DNA of 64,000 bases from an uncultured bacterium (lineage in GTDB: Bacteria; Chloroflexota; UBA5177; JANWHV01), in contig CAWHAE010000010.1 of assembly GCA_963827235.1 (NCBI GenBank), positions 544,001 through 608,000 of the forward strand, in the 5' to 3' direction. Both the position numbers and the translations under genes were made by a program. Positions within the stretch are counted from its first letter, which is position 1; each line of letters starts with the position of its first letter. The notes beneath the pieces were generated by a model, which did not search any database, was not told where the DNA came from, and saw nothing but the letters and a program-made list of their open reading frames with translations. Below, piece after piece: positions 47,381-57,600 of this stretch.

Positions 47381-47592
47381 GCCACCCTACCTCGCTACAG
47401 AGCCAACGCGGCGGCTTGTGATCCTACCGCGACCGCCAGGCAATCGCGGCTAATTCGACTAGCGCAGCCGCATAGCCGGCTCGGCACGCGCCCTGTTCGC
47501 CGAGGCCGACTACATAGACCGCTACGCGAGACCGGCTCGTGTGGCGACAGTCCGAAGTCTAGCCCAGACCGGAGCGTGCCGCCAGGGGGTAC

Positions 47593-48531
47593 TCAACGGG
47601 CCACCGCGGTCATCAGACCAGCTTCCTCCGCGTCTCGATCTTCTACAGCGATAGGCATGGCAAGGATTTCAACACCCGCGCTACCGCGTATGCCGACAAG
47701 GCGTGCCCTGATCTCCTCGGGCGAGCCGGATACCACGAGCTCGTCGAGGAGACCATCGGGAAGCGACCCGTCTGCTGCTACCGGATAACCGGCCTCAGCG
47801 AACATGGCGGCGTAGAACGGCAGTCTGCCGTACATGGCCAGGCGAGAACGCGCCGCCTGCCTGACACGCGCGCGATTGCCGTGGACAGCCACCGGGACAT
47901 GGGCGAGCAGCGTGGGCGCGGGTCGTCCGGCCGCGAGCGCTCCCGCCTGCAGCGCCGGCAGTGCCGTGCCGACCAGATACGGCACGGGGCAGAGCCAGGA
48001 AATCGCTCCGTCGGAAATCTCACCGGCAAGATGGTACGCTTTGGCGCGCAGCGCCGAGATCAGCAGCGGAACGCGCGGCGGCACGACCCCTTCGGGCAGT
48101 GTGGCGTGCACGTCGAAGAACTGTCCCCTGAAATCGACCTGCCCCTGCCAGAGATATTGCCGAAGCACGCCGACGTACTCGCGAAGATATGACAGCGGCT
48201 TGGTGAAGGCGATACCGAAGGCGCCCTCCACGGTCGGCCGATGACTGGGACCGACTCCCAGGCGCAGACGGCCCGGAGCCAGGTCGGAGAGGACCAACGC
48301 CTGCGTGGCCAGCATCAATGGATGCCGGGGGTAGATCGGCACTATTGCACTGCCCAGCCGGATGCGGCGAGTGCGCGCGGCGGCGGCGGCGAAAACGGTG
48401 ATGCTGTCCAAAGCGGTGCCGCCGCCCGTGGTCCACACAGCCGGCACCCCATATTCCTCTGCGCGCACGATCGCATCTACCGTCTCGCCGGCGCGAGATC
48501 GCTGCACCACTAACCCGATTCCCTCTGCCAT
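47593..48531 (-). CDS. LLM-class flavin- or F420-dependent oxidoreductase
   Basis: T.RIRLGSAIVPIYPRHP, GRLRLGVG.SH, AGEISDG. Confidence 0.85.
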   Translation of the reverse strand: MAEGIGLVVQRSRAGETVDAIVRAEEYGVPAVWTTGGGTALDSITVFAAAAARTRRIRLGSAIVPIYPRHPLMLATQALVLSDLAPGRLRLGVGPSHRPTVEGAFGIAFTKPLSYLREYVGVLRQYLWQGQVDFRGQFFDVHATLPEGVVPPRVPLLISALRAKAYHLAGEISDGAISWLCPVPYLVGTALPALQAGALAAGRPAPTLLAHVPVAVHGNRARVRQAARSRLAMYGRLPFYAAMFAEAGYPVAADGSLPDGLLDELVVSGSPEEIRARLVGIRGSAGVEILAMPIAVEDRDAEEAGLMTAVAR

Positions 48532-48837
48532 CACCATCCTCGTTTTCACTTACCGGTATAGAGCGTGAAGCTACGCCTGTCGCGATTTGGCATGCTCGGA
48601 GGAGATCCTACTACGATGACTGAATTCGAGCCTATTGGGATCTCTTGGTTATGTGTAGAAGACTGCTGGTACTTACTCCCGGCGACGCAGCAAAAAAGCA
48701 AGACATGCGTCGGCGAGCAGAACAGCGTCCTCCCGTGCGGCCCTGCCGGCCACTTCCGCAACGCCCCGGCAGGCGGCATCGGTGTCCTTCGAACCTCGTT
48801 TCGCGCAGAACAATAAGCATGCAAAGCAGCTTGCCAG

Positions 48838-51800
48838 CTAAGGCTCGTGAATGGCCGGTTCAGGATCCAGCCCGACCTCCGCGGGCAGCGAGAGGCGAAA
48901 GACGCTGCCGGAATGATCAGTAGACGCAAGGTCCAATTCGCCGTCCATCGCCCGGGCTAGACTGCGGCCCAGGTAGAGGCCCAGGCCGGTGCCGACATGG
49001 CCGGCGCGCATGCGGCTTCCAGGAACACGACCAAATCGTGTGAATAGTCGTTCGCGCCCCTCAGCTGGGATACCAGCCCCCCGATCGCGTACGAGCACAG
49101 TTGCCCGACTGGCATCGCGCGCCCAGGTCACCATAATAGGAGCGCCCTCGGGAGAGTACTTTGCGGCGTTGTCAATGAGATTCACCAGTATCTGCACGGT
49201 GCGATCCGGGTCGGCGCGGATGGCGAGGTCAGCCGGGCCTTGCGTCCCGATCTGCTGCCCGTGATAAGCCACTCGCACTTCCTCGACGGCCCGCTCGACT
49301 AGCCGAGCCAGGAGCGCTGCCTCCGTCGTGCCAACCAGCGCTCCCATCTCGAGTCGGCTCAAGAGTAGCAACTCCTCGACGAGCCGCTGCTGACGCCGGG
49401 CCGAGGTAACAATGCGATTGATGCGGTCCAGCCGTGCCACGTCGTCGAGCTGTGTCCAGTGCGCTTGGAGAAGCTCGGCATAGCCGACGATGGCCGTCAG
49501 CGGGGTGCGCAATTCATGGCTGACTGAGGCGACGAACGTGCTGCGCAACTCCGCCAGCTCCAGTGCCGCTGCCGCCTGTGCCTGGCTACGGCTCAGCAGT
49601 TCTGTCCGGAGCTGTTCAGCCTCGAGCCGTTCGCGTTCTCGAGCTTCCTCAACTGCCTGCGTGCGTCGGTCGAGGATGATCCGAAAGGCCGCCTCAAGCG
49701 GCTCGCTCCACCTGCCACCCCAGTTGCAGGCTGAGACGCGCAGGCAGTAGGAGCCAGGCTGCAGATTTGTATAGCGCTGCAGTCGCTGGAACGTGGGAGC
49801 CGACCACCCGGTCTCCAGACCCACCAGCTGGACGCGGTACTGCACCATTGCAGGCGCGACGAAGCTGACCGCGCCGTACTCGAATTGCAGATCATACGCT
49901 GAATCCTCCAGTTCCATGCCTGGCACGAAGTCGCATGGCTGTCCCAGGACGCGGAACGAGGTCAGGTAGACCGAGCAGGGTGACACGTCGTCAGGGACTA
50001 GCGTGGTGTCCACGATACCTACTCCCCGCGCCGTGCCGACCCACAGCCAGCCGCTGGCGTCGAGACGTAGCGCGTTCGAGTTGCAGTCATCGTCAGGCAA
50101 GCCTAGGCTTTGATCGAGCGCGATACATTGGCCGGTCTTGGGACAGAAGCGCAGAACACCGCGGGTGCTACTCAGCCACAGTCGGCCTTTCTGATCGGTC
50201 TGGCAACTGTAGAGCCAATTGCTGCGGAGACCGTCCGCCGTGGTCACCGTCCGCACCACCACCATCTGCTCGGGATCTATGCAGACGAGGCCCGCGCCCC
50301 CGGTGCATGCCCAGATCCAACCTTGTGCATCGCAGACCAGGCCGAGGACCATAGCCGGTGCCGTGTCGAGGCCTACGGCCAGAGTGCAGAGGACACAAGC
50401 CCGTTCTGGGTCGATACAGACCACGCGGCCGGAGACGGTTCCTGCCCAGAGGCGCCCACGCTGGTCGACCACGAGCGATCGAATGTCCGTATCTGGCATA
50501 CCCTGGGCCGAGCCGACGGCTGCCGTAATCTGGTGCGAGCGAACATCAATCCGGAATAGGCCCTGCCGCTCAGTCGCGATCCAGAGCTGATGCGGACCGA
50601 TAGTGCACATGCAGGGCACATCGGCCGCGCTCTCATCCAGCAGGTGGGCACGCGCTGCCACGGTGGCTGGCTGAAGACAATACACACCCTGCCGCCGGAC
50701 ACCCACCCAGAGCAGTCCGAGTTGGTCCGTGCAGAGCGACCAGACCGTTTCCTGCTGGAGGACCGCGGGCAAGTCAGACACCGCGACCCGCCGCTCCGCG
50801 CTCTTGTCGATGCCACGCAAGCCGTCCGCCGTGCCAAGCCACAGCTGATCGGAACCATTGTCCAGAAATGCCCACGCTAAGGTCCGGTCCGGCATGTTGG
50901 GACCGCCCAGGGCACGAGCAGGCAGGCTCGTGGTCACCAGCAGCGCGAGGCCCGCATCGGTCCCGGCCCACACTCGCCCATCCGGGTCGGCATGCAACGA
51001 CAGAATCCCGGTAACGGGCAAACCATCCTGGTGCCCAAACGCGTCACACTGGACACCGCGGGAGTAGACGTACGCACCCTGCCGAGTTCCCAACCACAGC
51101 CGGCCGAGGCGATCGGTGCACATCTCGTCGACAGGTGATCCACAGTTGCTCACGTACACCACGCGCACCGCGCCCGCAGAGCCCGGCTCGGCGCGAAGGA
51201 GGTTGCCGTTTCGCAGGCCGACCCAAATCTTCCCTTCCCGATCAAGGGCCAGGCTCTGCACCGGGCCGCCAGCAACATCTTGGTCGGCAAGAAGGCTGCG
51301 GTCTACGTTGCCACCGACGATGACGGCGAGACCATTCTCGGTGCCGATCCAGAGGCGGCCCAGCGAATCGTGACAGAGTGCTCGAATCTCCGAGGCAGGA
51401 AGTCCGTCACGCTCACCGATGCAACGCACGACGGCCCCGTGCTCGACGACCGCGATGCCGGCCTTTGTGCCGACCCATACCGTCCCTCGCTCGTCCGCAC
51501 TCAGGGTGCGGATAGTGTTGTCCGGGAGACCGTGCGCTTGTGTCAAGCGTTGCTGCAGTTGTGGGCCGGCCATCCCCAGAGCCACAAGTACGAGGCCCTG
51601 GCCCACCGTGCCCATCCACAACACCCGGTCACCCACGAAACAGAAGCGGCGCACAAAGCACCCTTGTAGGGTTGCCAGAGCGGGAGGAACGGCGCCTACC
51701 AGACCGTCGAAGAGCACGGGGCCGTGCTGAGTACCCAGCCACAGGTAGCCGTGTGCGTCCTGCGCGAGAGCGGTGATCGGTCGGGCTGGGAGGTCATGGA

Positions 51801-51897
51801 GATCACGCGAGTTAGCCAAGTCCACCGAATCCACGCAGAGGTGTATCCGGCCAGATGGAATGATACGAAACACGGTCGACAGTGCGGTGTCCTGCAT
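48838..51897 (-). CDS. Sensor histidine kinase: beta-propeller repeats + Y_Y_Y + HisKA + HATPase, no signal peptide or TM seen; paralog of 18701..21784
   Basis: Propeller repeats 'D..G.LW.GT', RYTNLQPGSY, SHELRTPL, NLIDNAAKYS, DRGAGI, GTGLGL. Confidence 0.9.
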   Translation of the reverse strand: MQDTALSTVFRIIPSGRIHLCVDSVDLANSRDLHDLPARPITALAQDAHGYLWLGTQHGPVLFDGLVGAVPPALATLQGCFVRRFCFVGDRVLWMGTVGQGLVLVALGMAGPQLQQRLTQAHGLPDNTIRTLSADERGTVWVGTKAGIAVVEHGAVVRCIGERDGLPASEIRALCHDSLGRLWIGTENGLAVIVGGNVDRSLLADQDVAGGPVQSLALDREGKIWVGLRNGNLLRAEPGSAGAVRVVYVSNCGSPVDEMCTDRLGRLWLGTRQGAYVYSRGVQCDAFGHQDGLPVTGILSLHADPDGRVWAGTDAGLALLVTTSLPARALGGPNMPDRTLAWAFLDNGSDQLWLGTADGLRGIDKSAERRVAVSDLPAVLQQETVWSLCTDQLGLLWVGVRRQGVYCLQPATVAARAHLLDESAADVPCMCTIGPHQLWIATERQGLFRIDVRSHQITAAVGSAQGMPDTDIRSLVVDQRGRLWAGTVSGRVVCIDPERACVLCTLAVGLDTAPAMVLGLVCDAQGWIWACTGGAGLVCIDPEQMVVVRTVTTADGLRSNWLYSCQTDQKGRLWLSSTRGVLRFCPKTGQCIALDQSLGLPDDDCNSNALRLDASGWLWVGTARGVGIVDTTLVPDDVSPCSVYLTSFRVLGQPCDFVPGMELEDSAYDLQFEYGAVSFVAPAMVQYRVQLVGLETGWSAPTFQRLQRYTNLQPGSYCLRVSACNWGGRWSEPLEAAFRIILDRRTQAVEEARERERLEAEQLRTELLSRSQAQAAAALELAELRSTFVASVSHELRTPLTAIVGYAELLQAHWTQLDDVARLDRINRIVTSARRQQRLVEELLLLSRLEMGALVGTTEAALLARLVERAVEEVRVAYHGQQIGTQGPADLAIRADPDRTVQILVNLIDNAAKYSPEGAPIMVTWARDASRATVLVRDRGAGIPAEGRERLFTRFGRVPGSRMRAGHVGTGLGLYLGRSLARAMDGELDLASTDHSGSVFRLSLPAEVGLDPEPAIHEP

Positions 51898-52247
51898 GAC
51901 CAATGCGATACACCCTTGATCGACTTGGGCCCGGCCTACTCCACTGTAGCGCTGTGGCTACCTCTATGTCATTCTCAGATCGGACGCATGGGCGATTGTA
52001 GTAGTCAAAGCGACTCGTGCCACTTGCCGCTCCCGCCAGATCGCTCCAGCACGCACCCGATTCAGCCTGCCATCATGATCGCTCCAGTCACCTGCCGGCG
52101 AGGAGCGCATCGCAATGCTGGTCGCATCAAGCACGCCCATGTCGGCTACGGTGATTCGGATCCCCACGTTGTGCGTGGCCAGCGGATGAACCAGGGTCCG
52201 GCGTTGTAGCATTGAGGCAGAGTCATGCTGCCTGGAGGGAGGTATGA

Positions 52248-53219
52248 GTGCCGGAGCGCATAGTCTTCCTGGACCGCAATGCGATTCGCGTGCCGCTGCG
52301 CAGTCCAGGTTTTCCGCATGTCTGGCAGGAGTACGCTCACACTCCTCCCGACCTGACCATTCCCAGACTTCGCGAAGCGGGTGGTGCGGGCGCCACGGTG
52401 GCGATCACCAATCGCGCGTTCATCGACGGCTCCGTGCTCGACGCCGTTCCTACCCTGCGTCTGGTAGCCGTGGCCGCGACCGGCTACGACCAGGTGGACG
52501 TCGCGGCCTGCCGCTCGCACGGCGTGGCCGTATCCAACGTGCGCAATTGGGCGGTATCGGTTCCGGAGCACATCTTCGCCATGATGCTCGCTCTGCGGCG
52601 ACAGCTTCCCTCGTACCAGCGAGCAGTCGAACAGGGAGCCTGGCAGCGGTCGCCCACCTACGGTGTGCTGCTCGAGCCCATGCCCCGCACTCTGATGGGT
52701 GCCACGCTCGGGTTGATCGGCTACGGCGATCTGGGCAGGCAGGTGGAGACGCTGGCACGTGCCTTCTCCATGCGCATCCTGCTCTCTGAACACAGAGGGA
52801 CGCGTTCCGTGCGCCCGGAACGCACTCCCTTCCAGGAGGTGCTTGCCCGGAGCGACATACTGGTCATCCTCTGCCCGCTCAATGACCAGACAAGGAACCT
52901 GATCGGGACGGCGGAGCTGGCGGAGATGCGCCCAGACGCCATCCTGATCAACTGCGCGCGCGGCGGCATTGTGGACGAGGCCGCATTGGCCGCGGCGCTC
53001 GTGGCCGGAACCATAGGCGCGGCTGGCGTCGACGTCCTGTCCGAGGAGCCGCCGGCAACCGGCAACGCCTTACTCGAGCTTCACTTGCCAAACCTTCTAC
53101 TGACACCGCACATGGCCTGGGCCAGTATCGAGTCGCTGCAAAACCTCGGCGAGCAGCTAATAGGCACCATCGAGGCGTTCGTCGCCGGGGCGCCCCGAAA
53201 CCTCGTCACACCTTCGTGA
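52248..53219 (+). CDS. D-2-hydroxyacid dehydrogenase (glycerate dehydrogenase/hydroxypyruvate reductase, HprA-like)
   Basis: IVFLDR, AATGYD, GYGDLG, INCARGG, DVLSEEPP, TPHMAWAS; GTG after GGAGGGAGG. Confidence 0.88.
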   Translation: MPERIVFLDRNAIRVPLRSPGFPHVWQEYAHTPPDLTIPRLREAGGAGATVAITNRAFIDGSVLDAVPTLRLVAVAATGYDQVDVAACRSHGVAVSNVRNWAVSVPEHIFAMMLALRRQLPSYQRAVEQGAWQRSPTYGVLLEPMPRTLMGATLGLIGYGDLGRQVETLARAFSMRILLSEHRGTRSVRPERTPFQEVLARSDILVILCPLNDQTRNLIGTAELAEMRPDAILINCARGGIVDEAALAAALVAGTIGAAGVDVLSEEPPATGNALLELHLPNLLLTPHMAWASIESLQNLGEQLIGTIEAFVAGAPRNLVTPS

Positions 53220-53281
53220 TACCGACCTGTCACGGCACGGATTCGGCGCTATCTACCTACCGACCGTGACCGGCTCTCGGG

Positions 53282-54208
53282 CTACCGCGGGGGTTTCAGC
53301 AGACCGTCAACCTCGGCTCGAGATGGCATGGAAGCCTGTGCACCCACCCGCGTGGTGGAGAGCGCCGCCGCTGCATTGGCAAAGGCCACCGCGTCGAGCA
53401 GCGGCCGATCCTGCATCAGCGCCACGGCGAGCGCGCCGGCGAAGCAATCGCCGGCGGCAGTCGTGTCGACCGTGGCCACGCGATGGCCACGAACCATGGT
53501 CATGCTGCCTCCGTCCGCCACCAGAACTCCGTGGGCACCCAGCTTCACCAGTACGGCCGCGGGGCCGAGAGCCAGCAGACGCGCTGCCGCCTCACGCGCC
53601 GTGTCCGCCGACACCTCGGGCATGCCAGCCAGCAGGGCGGCCTCGGTCTGGTTGGGTGTGAGTACGTCGACCTGGCGCAACAAGTCCTCGGCAAGCGGCT
53701 GTGCCGGTGCCGGATCGAGTATCACACGCATGCCGCGCGCCCGGGCCAAGCGAGCAGCTGCCGTCACTGAAGCCAGGGGTATCTCGAGCTGGAGCAGGAG
53801 AATCCTCGCCTCCGGCATCCGGTCCAGAGCCGCTTCGACGTCTTCAGGCAGCAGGAGGGCGTTCGCACCCTGCACGACCACGATACTGTTCTCGCCCGCC
53901 TCGGCCACCTCAATGATCGCCACCCCGCTGCGAGGACCTCGTTCGGTCATTGCTTCCACGCAGACGCCTGCCTCTGACAAGGCGATGCGCAGTCGTTGCC
54001 CGTAAGCATCGGCGCCCAGGCAGGCAACCATCGCCACGTCGCCGCCAAGCGTACCGGCGGCAGCGGCCTGATTGCCGCCCTTTCCGCCCGGCGATTCGAG
54101 CAGCTCCGTACCAAGGATGGTCTCGCCGGGCACGGGTATGTGCGGGCAGCGGGCGGCAATATCCATGTTCACGCTGCCGACTACGACGATGCGGCTGTCG
54201 ATGGTCAT
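53282..54208 (-). CDS. rbsK: Ribokinase
   Basis: VVGSVNMD, GGKGGNQA, GENSIVV..GAN, LQLEIP, PNQTEA, DTTAAGDCF. Confidence 0.88.
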   Translation of the reverse strand: MTIDSRIVVVGSVNMDIAARCPHIPVPGETILGTELLESPGGKGGNQAAAAGTLGGDVAMVACLGADAYGQRLRIALSEAGVCVEAMTERGPRSGVAIIEVAEAGENSIVVVQGANALLLPEDVEAALDRMPEARILLLQLEIPLASVTAAARLARARGMRVILDPAPAQPLAEDLLRQVDVLTPNQTEAALLAGMPEVSADTAREAAARLLALGPAAVLVKLGAHGVLVADGGSMTMVRGHRVATVDTTAAGDCFAGALAVALMQDRPLLDAVAFANAAAALSTTRVGAQASMPSRAEVDGLLKPPR

Positions 54209-54615
54209 CTAGTCCTCCCACTGCCAGGCCAAACAGAATCGCTCAATGCGTTGCCAGGACCGCACCGTTCGGGCGAATCCGTGCTCAGTGAGCCTCAGGC
54301 GCCCACGGCATCTGCTCCACGAGCCGCCCCGCTACGCTACACTTGCCCTAGCACCGGTCGCGAGCCGCTTCGCATTGTATCGCCTTACCTCCCTGATGGG
54401 TTCTCCGTTGCTCCGCGACCGAGACAGCGAATGGTCACGCAGGCCGACTCTCCTGCGTGGAGACCGTACACGGCAGACGTCCGGCTCTGCCGGGAGCGGC
54501 AGCTAATGGTACAGAGGATGCCCTTCTGAAATAGGCGTGAAGATCGGTACTCCGGGCTCCGGCGGCGAATATCCGTTGGCGAGCCGATCGGTGGGAGGCT
54601 GAAGGGAGCGTGCAC

Positions 54616-57600
54616 ATGAGTGGTCGACCCGCGGGCCCGTCCATCGCCCGTCTTGGCACGTTCATCGTCATCCTGGCTGCCGTGGCGACAGGTAATGTCG
54701 CGCAGCGTGCATCGGCCGGTCACGACTCCGCGCAGCCCGGCACCGATCAGGGACCGATTACCATTACGACAACCAACCCGCATAACTCGCACGCCAGGTA
54801 CCGCGCGCGCTCGGGACGATCCGGCGATGTGGTCGAGATTTCCACCGACGACGGCAGCCACTGGCTCAACGTGCTGGCTCCCGTGCCTCCGAGGCCCAAC
54901 GCCGGGGCGTACGCCGCCCTCGGCCAATGGAGCTCCTGCGTGCCTGCCAGCTATCAGCGCGTCGACGCTCTTGCCGTCGACGGGGCAGGCCCCGGCATGC
55001 TGTACATCGGCACCGCCGGAGCGGTCGGAGACTATCTCGACCGCGGCTGCAGCAGTGCCCAGGGGGGACTGTACGCGAGCGCAAATGGCGCCGCGGCAGC
55101 ATCAATGGGCACTCGCGGACTGCCCTATGCGCAGGATCCCGCCGGCCGCACCACCCCGGCCTTCGACGTCGACGCCGTGACAGCCGACCCGCGCATCAAC
55201 GCGATCTACGTGCACGCCAGCGGCGGCACGGGGCCGGGGTCGCCTCCGGCAGGCTTGTATAGGTCCACGGACGGCGGCGAAGCCTGGACCGAGGTCGACG
55301 CGGGACTCCGGCCCAGCTCCTGGATCACGAGCTCGGCAGGAACGACGGTGCCGGTCTTCGATGCGGGCGGTCTGGTCGTAGACTCGTCGGATCCGTCGCA
55401 CCTCATCTTCCGGAATGATACCGGCACGTACCAATCCATTAACGCCGGTGCGTTCTGGAAGTCACCGGGCGGAAGCGAGGCATGGACGCCATCGCCAACA
55501 CCGGTCGCACCGCCTGTGCCGACCGCCGTCGTGGCGGCTGCCATGCTTCCCCAGTCCCGCGCGGCTGCTTCGTTTTCGCCATTGCCCACCGGCTGGGCCT
55601 GGCAACAGGTAGCGCCGTCTGGGACTGTCCCGCCGGCGAGGCAAGACGCTGCCACCGCCTGGGATTCCGCGGACAACATGCTGCTGGTGTTCGGGGGTGC
55701 CACGACCAGCTCACAGCCACTGGGTGACCTCTGGTCCTACTCACCGTCCACCAACACCTGGCTCCAGCGTGCCTCAGGCCCCAGTGCCCGATTCGGTGCC
55801 GCGGCTGTGTGGGACACGGTCGACAACCAGCTGCTCGTCTTCGGCGGGCAGACTGGATCGAACGCTTCAACCGCTTACATGGGCGATCTGTGGGCGTACC
55901 GTCCTTCCACCAACACATGGAGCGCGCTCTCGGCTACCGGCGCCGCGGGCGCCCCTCCGGCGCGGTCGCATGCCGTGGCAGCGTTTGACGGCTCCCATCT
56001 CTTGATGTTCTCCGGAGAAATCTCCGAGAATCCGATGCAGGGCACGAACGACCTCTGGTCATTCACACTCTCGGGCGGCGGCAGCAGCGGCACGTGGGCA
56101 CAGCTTCAGGCCAACAACTCATCCTGCACGGTTACCTGCCCGCAGCAGCGGTACTCCGCCAGCGGCGCGTGGAATGCCAACCTGGGCGCGCTTGTGGCGT
56201 TCGGCGGCAAGAATGGCGCGCAGACCGTCCTCAGCGACCTGTGGACGTACGGTCCTGGCTCGGGCTGGCAAGCGGGCAGCTCACTGAGCAACTCGCAAGA
56301 ACCTGCAGGTCGTGCAGAAGCGGGCATGGCGTATGATGCCGCTCACGCTGCGATCATGGTCGGCCCTGGTCTGAGCCTGGCCAGCGGAGACATCGTCGAC
56401 GTCTCCGCGGCCTACGCCGATCCGTCCGGTTGGCTGCGCCTGCCGGTGGCAACGGCGCCCCAGCCGCTCCAGCGCCGCCTGACCAACTTCACCTGGAACC
56501 CCGCGGATGGCAGCTTCTATCTCTTCGGCGGTAGGGTCGCCGGAGTGGGAGCGGATAATGACCTGTGGAGGCTGGCGCCGGCAGCACCCGTCGCCACGCC
56601 AACCGCTCAGCCGGCGTCGACGACGGTCGCCGGTCTCGACGAAGGCTGGGCCGTCGACAACTCCGGCAACGTCATTGTGACGCCGGCGCAGATCGCGGTC
56701 ACCGGCAACGCCGGCGCCCGCTACGTCAGAGTGAACTTCAGGATCGGTAGCGCGACCGACTGGACGGACGCCGCGCGTCTGGCTGCCTATGACACGGTGA
56801 TCGCCAATTATCAAGCCGCCGGTATCCAGGTGCTCGGCCTGATCACCTCGGAAGCCACGCACAGCAGCCAATCCGATTGGGTGGCCAACAGTCGGGAGGT
56901 GAGCGGCGGCAACGGCGACAACAGCTTTATCAGCAGCACCTACGTGCAGGGAGCCGTCAAACCGCTTCTGGCACACTTCGCAGACCGCGTGAAGCTCTGG
57001 GAGCTCTGGAACGAGCCCAACGAGTACCAGTCGTGCAGCGGCGCCGTGTGCACGGGAGGGTCATTCATCTATCCCTCTAACTTCGCGGCTCTGCTCGTGG
57101 ATTCCTACGTGGCGGTCAAGGACCCGGCGCCAAACGGGCTCGGCCTCGCCGGCGTCACGCTCATCTCGGGTGGTCTCTTCGGACACAGCATCGGTGGCGT
57201 GCTGACCGCCACCAACGCCGGCGCCACGTACCTGTCCAACGTGTTCACCATGGGCATCAGCACGGTGGGTACCTGGACGGCCTTCGCGGCGGCGCACGGA
57301 GGCCGCTATCCCCTCGACGCGATCGGCCAGCACCTCTACGTCGACCAGAACCTGATCACTACGACGACCGATATCGCATCGTACTACGGCTGGATCCGCT
57401 CCGCCGTAACGCCGTTCGAGACTCCTCAGCCGACCTACCTTACGGAAGCGGCGTGGAGCACGACGAGCGTGCCGCAAAATGTGCAGGCGGGCAACCTGGA
57501 CCTGCTGTTCGGCGCCACGCGGGCCGTGGGTTACGCCCCGCTTCTGACCTGGTTCGAGCTGCAGGACGTACCGCAGAACGGCCTCTATTTCGGTCTCGCG

